This document shows positions 17,873 to 27,133 of a stretch of DNA of 35,142 nt, piece by piece. The position numbers were made by a program, and so were the translations under genes. The notes beneath the pieces were generated by a model, which worked only from the letters and a program-made list of their open reading frames with translations, was not told the origin of the DNA and ran no database searches. The number at the start of each line of letters is the position of its first letter. The first letter of the stretch is position 1. Source of the DNA: an uncultured Coprobacillus sp. (lineage in GTDB: Bacteria > Bacillota_I > Bacilli_A > ML615J-28 > CAG-698); assembly GCA_964534245.1 (NCBI GenBank), contig CAZHQU010000002.1:1-35142 (forward strand), given 5' to 3'.

Positions 17873-20800
17873 ATGAAATATAAAAATTTAAGACTTAGAA
17901 TAGTTCTTCCTTCAATTTTAATTGTAATAATTGTTGCTATGGTTGTTGCATTCTTCACTGGCGGATTAGAACTAGGTGCAATTACTAAAGATGACATTGA
18001 ATGGTCAGAAGAAGGATTTATTACTCCTGAATTACAACTTTTAGAGGATGGTTCTTCTAAATGGGTGTTCTATAAAACTAATGAAAAAGGTGAACAAGAG
18101 GCTGTAGATTTAAATAAAAATAGATTAGTTTCTGAACAAGGTAACTATAGAATGTATTTTGATGAAAGTACTACAATTATTACTATCAAAGAAATACTTC
18201 GTGATGCTGATGGAAATGAAACTGGTGAAAAAGAATTATATTCAACAGCAAAAGCAAATGGATCATCAAATGCTGAAAAATCAAGTATTACACTTTATTA
18301 CTATGATGCAAATGGTACATTAAACCCTGCATTCAACTCTTTTGATAAGAGTGTTAACTATGATAATACTTTAAAAGGTGTTAAAGAAAAACATTATTCA
18401 ATTAGATATAATGAAACAGATGGATCAATTGATTTATTATATCAAATTGGTAACTTTGCCAACCTTTTAGAAACATTCCCTAAGTATTACAATAGAGCTG
18501 ACTTCGAAGATACTTTTATGGGTAATATAATTATTCAATATACTTCTAGAAGTTATAATAGCATCCAAGTTGAAACGGCTGAAGGATTAGTAAACGCTAA
18601 AGAAATCGCTGTTGATTCTAAAAATGGTGGTTTAGCAGTATGTTTCGACAATGAATGTGCATTATACATTCTTAAAAATGGTTTAGGTACATTAAAATAT
18701 GAATATTCAGATGCTTCTTATAAACCTGCTTATGGTTCAACAGAAGAAGAAATTGCTGATACAACATTTGATTCTGTACCTGAAGATGAAGCCAAGATTT
18801 TAGAAAAATCTGGTGGTGTATGGTATGTATACAATATTGTTGATGAAAATGGAAAATTAAAATTTGTATTAGGTGAAAACTGTAATAATGGTTCTTCTCC
18901 AGTTAAATTAAATCCATTTCTAAATTCTGCTATATTCGTTGACTCAATTTTCAGTCAAGGTTATTATCCTATTAAATATGATTCTACAAATGAAGCTGGT
19001 GAAAAAGTAATTAAAGACTTATCTTATAAAGATAGATCTCAAGTTGAAGATGCATATTTACAATTCAATGCTAATACTTCATTACCTTCTCAAGAATTAT
19101 ATCAATATTTAGTAGTTGGTGGGTATTCATATTTAAGTACTTCACAAGAAATTTATAGTTATTTACAAGATGAAGATAAACCTGGTCAATTAAAAGTGTT
19201 AAACTCTGTAGTATTAACTCAAGGTTCTGAAAATGTATATTATGACTACAATGGTGATGGTACTATTACTTCAGATGAAGGCTATTTATTAGGTGGATAT
19301 CAAGCAAAAGACCCTCAAGGTAATTACTTATATATTGATGAAAATAATTATGTATTCTACTTCGATGCAAATGGAAATAGAATGTTAAATGATGAAGAAG
19401 GCAATCCACAACCTGTTGATAGTACTTCTGCTTATAAACCTTTCCAAACTGGTTTAACATCTGAAATGACACAAACTCAAAATGATAGATACAATGTTGG
19501 TGCTGAAGCATCTTCTGTTGCTTTTCAAGTGGCATTAAGATACAAATTAACTGAAAATGGAATGGAAGTTACTATTATTAATGATAGTATTATTGAAGGT
19601 TTAGGTAAGGATGCTGATTCTGCTGTTACTCCTGCTCAATTCAAACATGATTGTAAAATTGCTAAGATTGAAGTTAATAAATTCTTAACTACAAATAATG
19701 ATTCATCAAGCGTTGGTAGCATTGTTATTCCTGATGGAAGTGGTGCTGTTATCTCATTTAACAGTGCTAAAGTTAAGCAATACGTTGATATGTATAAAGA
19801 AAAATTCATCTATGGTGCTGATATGGCAATTAATAGAGATGAAGCTGGAAATAAAGTACAAGATATTTTATTACCAATGTATGCATTTATAGAAGATGGA
19901 GATAATGGAGCTAAATCTAAAGGTGTATCTATTACTGCTATCGTAGAAAAAGGTGCCGCTCAAACATCTATTACTGCTGACTTCATGCGTTCAAGTGAGC
20001 TAAGTGGTATGAACCCATATAACTATGCGTATTTCACTTCTTACTTCCGTAGCAGTGAAAGTGTAAGTATTACTTCAAGTTCAAGTTATACTAAGATTAG
20101 TGAGGCTTTATATGATTCAGATATTAAATATGTTTACAGAATCCTTACTAATAAAGATTTAGGTAAAGGATATGATGAAAATGGTAATTATAATCCAATT
20201 AATTATGTAGATATCGCTCAAGATTATCGTGCATATTTGGTTGATTTATATGATTTATCAGAAAAAGATGAAACTAAAGTTGCTACTCCAACAATCACAT
20301 TTGTTGGTGCGTATGAAAAGAAAACTATCAAACTGGGTGTTGTTTATGATAAAGAATATGCATTAACAACATTTGAAGAAGCTGGTAAGATCGTTGATGA
20401 ATTAACTAATAAAGGAATTTCATCGATGAATGTAACTTATACTTTATGGACTGATGATGAAAAATATAATAAGATTTCTGACGAATTTAAAGTATCAAGT
20501 GTTCTAGGCGGTAAAAATGATTTAGAAGATTTAAATAACAAGCTAACTAATTATAAATATAATTTCTTCTTAGATTATACATTTACTACTGGATTTGGAT
20601 ATGATTATTCATTTGGTGCCTTAAAATTTAACTCTAAGTCTATTTCTGGTGCTCAATCTAACGCTTTAAGTTATGTATTATCTACTGGCTTAGCTGATGC
20701 ACAAGGAAAAGTTGGTGGAAGATTATCTCCAGTGTTCTATAACTCATTAGTAACTAAGTTTATGAAGAATTATGGAAAATTAAATATTAATGGTATTAAT

Positions 20801-21445
20801 GTTACTGATTTAGGTAATAGAAATTCATCTGACTACTCTAAAGATAGAATAATTTATTCTGCTGATGGTTCTTTATATCAAGTAGAAGCTCTTAAGACTC
20901 TTTCTGAAAGTGGTAAGAAAGTAATGTTAGAATCACCATTTGATTATGCGTTCAAGTATCTTGATATCGCTACAAATGTTCCTGTTGAGACTACATTATA
21001 TCCAATCGTTGATTACTCAATTCCATTCTATCAATTAGTTGTAAGTGGATTATTTGATTACTCAGCTCCAACAATTAACTCTGGTAATGATTACAGTGTT
21101 GATTGGAACTTATTAAAAGCTATTGAAACTGGTTCTAATATTGCATTTGAAGTTTCTTCAAGTGATACAATTAACTTATTAGATACTGATTATACTAGTT
21201 ATTACAATTCATATTTCTCTAACTGGGAAGATAAGATTTTGTCAATGAATGAAAAATTACAAAAGACTGGTATCTATGAAAGTAAATTAGTTAACCATGA
21301 ATTTATTACTGATACATTAGTTAAAGTTACTTATAACAATGGTTTAGAAATCTTAATTAACTATAGTAAAGATAATTATTATGGTGATGGTTTAGCTATT
21401 CGTTCATATGATTTTGCTATCTTAAAACAAGGAAAGGAGGCATAA
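17873..21445 (+). CDS. 1190-aa N-terminally membrane-anchored extracellular protein of unknown function
   Basis: AGGAGG RBS and TM anchor IVLPSILIVIIVAMVVAFF. I recognise no catalytic motif. From memory, the architecture recalls the DUF5696-type proteins found next to Yip1 genes in sugar-ABC loci, but I cannot verify this here. Confidence 0.5.
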   Translation: MKYKNLRLRIVLPSILIVIIVAMVVAFFTGGLELGAITKDDIEWSEEGFITPELQLLEDGSSKWVFYKTNEKGEQEAVDLNKNRLVSEQGNYRMYFDESTTIITIKEILRDADGNETGEKELYSTAKANGSSNAEKSSITLYYYDANGTLNPAFNSFDKSVNYDNTLKGVKEKHYSIRYNETDGSIDLLYQIGNFANLLETFPKYYNRADFEDTFMGNIIIQYTSRSYNSIQVETAEGLVNAKEIAVDSKNGGLAVCFDNECALYILKNGLGTLKYEYSDASYKPAYGSTEEEIADTTFDSVPEDEAKILEKSGGVWYVYNIVDENGKLKFVLGENCNNGSSPVKLNPFLNSAIFVDSIFSQGYYPIKYDSTNEAGEKVIKDLSYKDRSQVEDAYLQFNANTSLPSQELYQYLVVGGYSYLSTSQEIYSYLQDEDKPGQLKVLNSVVLTQGSENVYYDYNGDGTITSDEGYLLGGYQAKDPQGNYLYIDENNYVFYFDANGNRMLNDEEGNPQPVDSTSAYKPFQTGLTSEMTQTQNDRYNVGAEASSVAFQVALRYKLTENGMEVTIINDSIIEGLGKDADSAVTPAQFKHDCKIAKIEVNKFLTTNNDSSSVGSIVIPDGSGAVISFNSAKVKQYVDMYKEKFIYGADMAINRDEAGNKVQDILLPMYAFIEDGDNGAKSKGVSITAIVEKGAAQTSITADFMRSSELSGMNPYNYAYFTSYFRSSESVSITSSSSYTKISEALYDSDIKYVYRILTNKDLGKGYDENGNYNPINYVDIAQDYRAYLVDLYDLSEKDETKVATPTITFVGAYEKKTIKLGVVYDKEYALTTFEEAGKIVDELTNKGISSMNVTYTLWTDDEKYNKISDEFKVSSVLGGKNDLEDLNNKLTNYKYNFFLDYTFTTGFGYDYSFGALKFNSKSISGAQSNALSYVLSTGLADAQGKVGGRLSPVFYNSLVTKFMKNYGKLNINGINVTDLGNRNSSDYSKDRIIYSADGSLYQVEALKTLSESGKKVMLESPFDYAFKYLDIATNVPVETTLYPIVDYSIPFYQLVVSGLFDYSAPTINSGNDYSVDWNLLKAIETGSNIAFEVSSSDTINLLDTDYTSYYNSYFSNWEDKILSMNEKLQKTGIYESKLVNHEFITDTLVKVTYNNGLEILINYSKDNYYGDGLAIRSYDFAILKQGKEA

Positions 21446-21448
21446 TAA

Positions 21449-22723
21449 ATGAAGGAAAATTTTATTAAGAAAATATTTGATGTTATCCTTACAGTTTTAA
21501 ATGCAATATTTGGTGTTTTTGCATATGCCTTTAAAGGTTTAGGATTTGTTTTAAAATACATATGGAAAGGTATTTCTTGGTTATTTATCACTATTGGTAA
21601 AGGTGTGCATGTTGTTATAAAGAAAGTATTTGTTCCTTGTATTAATGCAATTAGTAATTTATTTAAAGCAATTGGAAATGCAATTAATAAAGTTTATCTT
21701 AAACTTACTAATGGTGGTACTGATAAGGGCGATATTAAAGAAGGAACTCAAAAGAAGAATTTCATTTCTAGATTTCTTTCAACAAAGCTTACTTATCATA
21801 AACGTCAAGCATTATGGGGATATGTATTTATCACACCATTAATCATCGGATTTATTTATTTCTTCTTATTTCCATTTATTACTACTGTAGTATTCAGTTT
21901 CTCTAACATCTATCGTGCCGGTGTTATTAATAGCACTAACGAAACATTAGGTGTTGTTACTGAGTGGGTAGGATTTGAAAACTATAAATATATTTGGAGT
22001 GTTCATGCAACATTCAAAGAAACATTAGGTAATGTATTTGTTGATACATTATTAAATGTATTATTAATCTTAATTTTTAGTTTAATTATTGCTGTTGTAT
22101 TAAATTCTAACTTCAAAGGTCGTTCATTCGTTAGAGCCGTATTCTTCATGCCAGTTATTTTCAACTCTCAAGCAGTTGAATTAGCTATGAGTAAAGGAAC
22201 AGCACTTACTGATGCAATGGAACAAGAAGGACAAACAGTATTTTCAGCAGTGTTTAACTTTGCGGATTTCTTAACAGAAGCAAATTTACCTGTTACAGCA
22301 GTTAATTTCTTAACTAATGCTTCTGATTCAATCTTCGATGTAATTTCTTATTCAGGTGTACAAATTCTGATCTTCTTATCAGCAATTCAATCAGTTCCAA
22401 AACACTTATATGAAGCTGCTAAAATTGAAGGTGCTACACAATATGAAATTTTCTGGAAGATTACTTTCCCTATGGTATCACCTCTGATGCTGACAGCTGG
22501 GGTATATACTGTAGTTGACTCATTCTTGAGGTCTGATTTATTATCATTAATGGATAAATTTGCTATAGCAAACGATGATTTCCCATATACATTAGGTTTA
22601 GGTAACTTGACACATGATGGTATCTATGCAGCAATGTCTATGTTATTCTGTCTAGTAAGTTTAGCTGTAGTAGTAATCGTTATATTAGCAATAAGAAAGT
22701 TGGTGTTCTATCATGACGAATAA
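21449..22723 (+). CDS. Sugar ABC transporter permease (MalF-like) with a ~115-aa N-terminal extension carrying extra TM segments
   Basis: EAA loop EAAKIEGATQYEIFWKITFPMVSP. An AAGGAGG RBS lies upstream. Confidence 0.85.
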   Translation: MKENFIKKIFDVILTVLNAIFGVFAYAFKGLGFVLKYIWKGISWLFITIGKGVHVVIKKVFVPCINAISNLFKAIGNAINKVYLKLTNGGTDKGDIKEGTQKKNFISRFLSTKLTYHKRQALWGYVFITPLIIGFIYFFLFPFITTVVFSFSNIYRAGVINSTNETLGVVTEWVGFENYKYIWSVHATFKETLGNVFVDTLLNVLLILIFSLIIAVVLNSNFKGRSFVRAVFFMPVIFNSQAVELAMSKGTALTDAMEQEGQTVFSAVFNFADFLTEANLPVTAVNFLTNASDSIFDVISYSGVQILIFLSAIQSVPKHLYEAAKIEGATQYEIFWKITFPMVSPLMLTAGVYTVVDSFLRSDLLSLMDKFAIANDDFPYTLGLGNLTHDGIYAAMSMLFCLVSLAVVVIVILAIRKLVFYHDE

Positions 22724-23726
22724 TCAAGAAGTTCAAACATTTGCATCTATTTTAAAAGACCCAATTAGAAGAAAAGTATTCTTTGGTAAAATACTTATGT
22801 TTGCTGGTAAGTTATTAAGAGCTATCTTATTATTAGGTTTATGCTTTGTAATCTTACTTCCAATCATTGAAAAGCTATCTGCAGCTTTAAGACATCCTAC
22901 GGATATCGCGAATAATCAAGTTGTATGGATTCCTGCTCAATTTAGTATTATTAACTTCCAAGTAGCTGCTGAGATGCTTAATTATACTGAGTCATTCTTT
23001 AACTCTCTTATACTTTCTACTATAACTACTATTATCCAAGTTATAGCTACAGCGATTGCTGGTTACGCATTTGCAAGATTAAAATTCAAAGGCAATAGTT
23101 TAATATTCTATATTATATTATTTACATTAATCGTTCCAAATGAAGCCCTAGATAGATCAAGAAATTGGATCATGAATGAAACTACTTTTTTAGGCATTTC
23201 ATTAATTGGTAACATTTTCTCAATGTATATCTTAGCAGCATTTGGTCAAGGTATTCGTTCAGCAATTTTTATCTTCTTGTTCAGACAATTCTTCAAAGGT
23301 ATTCCTATTGAATTAGAAGAATCTGCACAAGTAGATGGTGCAGGAGTAATTAGAACATTCTGGTCTGTTATGCTTCCAAATGCACGTGGTGCTATCGTAA
23401 CAGTTGCATTATTCGCATTTGTATGGCAATGGAATGACTGTTACTTCGGTCAATTATTAGGTTATACATCAGGAAATATGTCATTACTTGCTGTTCAATT
23501 AAGTACTGGTACAGAACAATTAAGAACTGTTATTGCAACATGGATTGCAGCTGGTAATCCTGTATTAGAATCATTCTTAGGAAGTGGTGTAGCAACTGAC
23601 CCATTATTTACAGCATTAATTGCTAATACTTCAGCATTAATGATAATGGCACCATTATTAATCGGTTACTTCTTCGTACAAAAACTATTTGTTGAAAGTA
23701 TTGAAAGAACTGGTCTTGTTGGATAA
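22713..23726 (+). CDS. Carbohydrate ABC transporter permease (MalG-like)
   Basis: EAA loop ESAQVDGAGVIRTFWSVMLPNARG. It overlaps the upstream gene by 11 nt. Confidence 0.85.
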   Translation: MTNNQEVQTFASILKDPIRRKVFFGKILMFAGKLLRAILLLGLCFVILLPIIEKLSAALRHPTDIANNQVVWIPAQFSIINFQVAAEMLNYTESFFNSLILSTITTIIQVIATAIAGYAFARLKFKGNSLIFYIILFTLIVPNEALDRSRNWIMNETTFLGISLIGNIFSMYILAAFGQGIRSAIFIFLFRQFFKGIPIELEESAQVDGAGVIRTFWSVMLPNARGAIVTVALFAFVWQWNDCYFGQLLGYTSGNMSLLAVQLSTGTEQLRTVIATWIAAGNPVLESFLGSGVATDPLFTALIANTSALMIMAPLLIGYFFVQKLFVESIERTGLVG

Positions 23727-23736
23727 TTAAATTTAT

Positions 23737-23770
23737 GGTGCTACAAGTAATTTGTAGCACCTCTTTATTT
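23737..23770 (+). terminator. Rho-independent terminator ending unit 2
   Basis: Stem GGTGCTACAA / TTGTAGCACC, 5-nt loop, then a T-rich tail CTCTTTATTT. Confidence 0.8.
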
Positions 23771-23786
23771 AGATGAGAATTAAATT

Positions 23787-25352
23787 ATGAGTAAAAAAAA
23801 TATAGATAAAATAGACAATATAAACAATTTAAATATAGATAATTTAACTTTAGAAGAAAAAGTGGGACAGTTATTAATGTTTGCTTTTCATGGCACTGAG
23901 TTTAATGAGCAATTATTAACTCAAATTGAAAAGTTAAAAGTAGGAGGAGTGATATATTTTGGAAGAAATATAGAGACTCCAGAACAAGTTTTAAAAATGA
24001 ATAAACTTATTCAAGCAAAAGCTAATATTCCTCTTTTCGTTGGTGTTGACCAAGAAGGTGGAACAGTCCAAAGAATCATTAAAGGAGTAACTCCTTTTCC
24101 TGGTGCGATGGCTATTTCAGCAACTTCACTTTCTAATTATGAAGTTAGTAAATGTGTTGGTGATGATTTAAGAAAAATGGGATTTAATATGAATTTTGCA
24201 CCCGTTGGTGATGTAAATAATAATCCTAATAATCCAGTTATTAATTCTAGATCATATAGTGATGATCCAAAAGTATGTGCTAAATATGTTATAAGTGGTG
24301 CTCAAGGATTTTTAGATAGTGGGGTTATTCCTACATGTAAACATTTCCCTGGTCATGGTGACACATCAGTTGATTCTCATGTTAGTTTACCAACTGTTAA
24401 TAAAGATATAGAAAGTTTAGAAAAAACTGAACTTCTACCGTTCAAGATGGCTATAGATGGCGGATTACAAGGCATTATGGCTTCTCATATCCTTTATCCT
24501 GCTATTGACGATAAATTCCCAGCTACTCTTTCAAAATCGATTATAACTGATTTATTGAAGAAGAAAATGGGGTTTGATGGATTAATTGTTACTGATTCGC
24601 TTACAATGGGAGCAATTAACAATAACTATTCACATAGAGAAATTGTAAGACTTGCTGTAAATGCGGGGATTGATTTAATGATATTCTGTGGTAAAGCAGA
24701 CTTAAATGATCAAGAGGACATTTATAATTGTTTATTAGAAGAAGTTAGAAATGGAAATATTCCAATGGTGAGAGTAAATGAATCTGTATCTAAACTTCTA
24801 AAGTTTAAAAAACATTATGTAATTAATAATTCATTTACTTGTGAATATAGTGAAGATGAAAAAAGAACTATTGGAACAAATTTATCTCGTAAAAGTATTA
24901 CATTAGTTAAAGAAAATAATTTCCTACCATTAACTGACAAAACATTAGTTATTTCCCCTAAAATTAAGTTATTTAGTTTGGTTGATAATGAAAATGATGA
25001 ATATGTTAGTTTAGGTAATGTGTTTAAGAAATATAATATCAATTATGATGAAATTGTTTATTCTGACGAAAGTGATATTTATGATTTAATTAATGATAAA
25101 CAAAGTAAATATGATAAGATTATTTTATGTACATATAACGTTACAAAAGAAGATTATCAAGTTAAACTTTGGGATAAGCTTGACAAAAATAAAACTATGG
25201 TTGTATCGATGAGATCACCATATGATATTAATCATTTAGAAAACGTAAGTAATTATATTTGTATTTATGAAGCGACTTTACTTGCGCTAGAAAGTTTAGT
25301 AGAATCATTTATAAATAATAAATTCTTTGGAAAATTACCTGTTAGTTTATAA
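23787..25352 (+). CDS. nagZ: GH3 beta-N-acetylglucosaminidase (NagZ/YbbD-type, two-domain), cytoplasmic
   Basis: GVDQEGGTVQR, KHFPGHGDTSVDSH (NagZ Asp-His dyad region) and IVTDSLTMGA (nucleophile Asp). No signal peptide. Confidence 0.85.
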   Translation: MSKKNIDKIDNINNLNIDNLTLEEKVGQLLMFAFHGTEFNEQLLTQIEKLKVGGVIYFGRNIETPEQVLKMNKLIQAKANIPLFVGVDQEGGTVQRIIKGVTPFPGAMAISATSLSNYEVSKCVGDDLRKMGFNMNFAPVGDVNNNPNNPVINSRSYSDDPKVCAKYVISGAQGFLDSGVIPTCKHFPGHGDTSVDSHVSLPTVNKDIESLEKTELLPFKMAIDGGLQGIMASHILYPAIDDKFPATLSKSIITDLLKKKMGFDGLIVTDSLTMGAINNNYSHREIVRLAVNAGIDLMIFCGKADLNDQEDIYNCLLEEVRNGNIPMVRVNESVSKLLKFKKHYVINNSFTCEYSEDEKRTIGTNLSRKSITLVKENNFLPLTDKTLVISPKIKLFSLVDNENDEYVSLGNVFKKYNINYDEIVYSDESDIYDLINDKQSKYDKIILCTYNVTKEDYQVKLWDKLDKNKTMVVSMRSPYDINHLENVSNYICIYEATLLALESLVESFINNKFFGKLPVSL

Positions 25353-25412
25353 TAGGTATATAATATAATTATTAAAATTTTAAATATATAAAATAAATTA
25401 AGGAGAAAGAAA

Positions 25413-26138
25413 ATGAAAATCGTTGTTGTTAAAGATTATGAAGAAATGAGCTTAAAAGCTAGTGAAATTATCGTTGAATTATTAAAAGAAAAGTCAGATG
25501 CTACTTTAGGTTTAGCTACTGGTAGTAGTCCAATTGGAATTTATCAAAACTTAATTAAGAAATATCAAGCTGGTGAAATCTCTTTCAAAGATGTTACTAC
25601 TTATAACTTAGATGAATATTGTGAATTACCAAGATCTCATCCAGAAAGTTATTATTCATTTATGCATAGAAACTTATTCAGTCAAATTGATATTAACGAA
25701 GCTAATGTTAATATTCCTTGTTCTGAAGGTGATGATTTAGAAGCATTATGTAAAGAATACAATGATAAATTAAATAGTGCTAGTGTTGATTTACAACTAT
25801 TAGGAATTGGTGCAAATGGACATATCGGATTTAATGAACCAAATACTCCATTTTCTCAAGAAACATTTATTGTTAAATTAACTGAGAAAACAAGATTAGA
25901 TAATCAAAGATTCTTTAATTCTTTAGATGAAGTTCCAAAGTTTGCTATGACAATGGGTATTAAAAACATTATGAATTCTAAGAAGATTTTATTAGTTGCT
26001 AGTGGTAAGAATAAAGCTGAAGCTGTTAAGAAATTAGCTAGTGGTGTTGTTACTGAAGAATTTCCAGCATCTATATTAAATAATCATAAAGATGTAATCG
26101 TATTTGTTGATGAAGAAGCTGCTGAATTAATTAAATAA
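25413..26138 (+). CDS. nagB: Glucosamine-6-phosphate deaminase
   Basis: LGLATGSSP and GIGANGHIGFNEP motifs, 241 aa, with an AAGGAG RBS. Confidence 0.9.
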   Translation: MKIVVVKDYEEMSLKASEIIVELLKEKSDATLGLATGSSPIGIYQNLIKKYQAGEISFKDVTTYNLDEYCELPRSHPESYYSFMHRNLFSQIDINEANVNIPCSEGDDLEALCKEYNDKLNSASVDLQLLGIGANGHIGFNEPNTPFSQETFIVKLTEKTRLDNQRFFNSLDEVPKFAMTMGIKNIMNSKKILLVASGKNKAEAVKKLASGVVTEEFPASILNNHKDVIVFVDEEAAELIK

Positions 26139-26143
26139 TATTA

Positions 26144-27133
26144 ATGATTATAAAATATAATAATTATTCTAGTTCTAATTCAAGTGAGATAATAAAGTTA
26201 TGGAATAGTGAAGTAGGATATATATATCCTATTACTAAAGAAATGTTTAATCAAAACATTAATGAATGCAAATACTTTAGTAATGAAGTATCATTTGTGG
26301 CGATTGAAGGGAAGAAAATAGTAGGATTTATATTCGGGAAAATATACGATAATGATCCAATAATGAGTAAATATATTAATGCATCTTTTATATCTTTAAT
26401 ATATGTCTCTCGTGATTATCGTAGAAATGGAATAGGTAGCAAACTATTAGAACTATTTGAATCTTGTATTAAGTCTCGCAAAATCACTAAAATTATGTTA
26501 GGTTCAGATTTGGATAATTTCTTTCCAGGAATACCTAATGATTTTGATAATCTTACTGATGTTTTCTTTAGAAAAAGAGGTTATACTGTAACTTATTATA
26601 CCCATGATTTAGTTAAAAAATTGACAAGAAATGATGTTTTAGTATATAATAGTTATGCAAGAGATAATAAAACTAATTTTGAAATTAGATATTATACTAA
26701 GGAAGATGAACAAAAAGTAAAAGAGTTTTTTGAAAAATGTTTTTATGGTAGATGGTATAATGAAGCTATTGAATATTTCGAAAATGATGAAATTAACGAT
26801 GAATATTTGTTGGCATTTGATAACGATAAAGTTGTTGGTTTTTTAAGGCTAAATAAACAAAAAATTAAAAAGATTTCTTATAACATTATGTGGAGTAAGA
26901 GATTTGATAAACTTTTAGGCGTAGGACCACTTGGAGTTGATGCTGATTATCGTAAAAACGGAATTGCAACTAGGCTACTTTTGAAAGGTATTGCTGATGG
27001 AGTAGTTGAAGGGTTCTCTCACGCTATGATAGACTGGACAGGATTAGTTACTTATTATCAAAAATTTGGTTTTGAAACATGGAAATGTTATCAATATGCA
27101 AATAAAATTATTAATTATGAGGAGGAAAAATGA
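26144..27133 (+). CDS. GNAT-family N-acetyltransferase with two tandem GNAT domains (329 aa); second copy of this architecture in the window
   Basis: Motif-A-like RRNGIGSKLLELFE and RKNGIATRLLLKGI. No clear SD sequence. The TGA stop overlaps the next ATG (ATGA, 27130-27133). Confidence 0.7.
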   Translation: MIIKYNNYSSSNSSEIIKLWNSEVGYIYPITKEMFNQNINECKYFSNEVSFVAIEGKKIVGFIFGKIYDNDPIMSKYINASFISLIYVSRDYRRNGIGSKLLELFESCIKSRKITKIMLGSDLDNFFPGIPNDFDNLTDVFFRKRGYTVTYYTHDLVKKLTRNDVLVYNSYARDNKTNFEIRYYTKEDEQKVKEFFEKCFYGRWYNEAIEYFENDEINDEYLLAFDNDKVVGFLRLNKQKIKKISYNIMWSKRFDKLLGVGPLGVDADYRKNGIATRLLLKGIADGVVEGFSHAMIDWTGLVTYYQKFGFETWKCYQYANKIINYEEEK

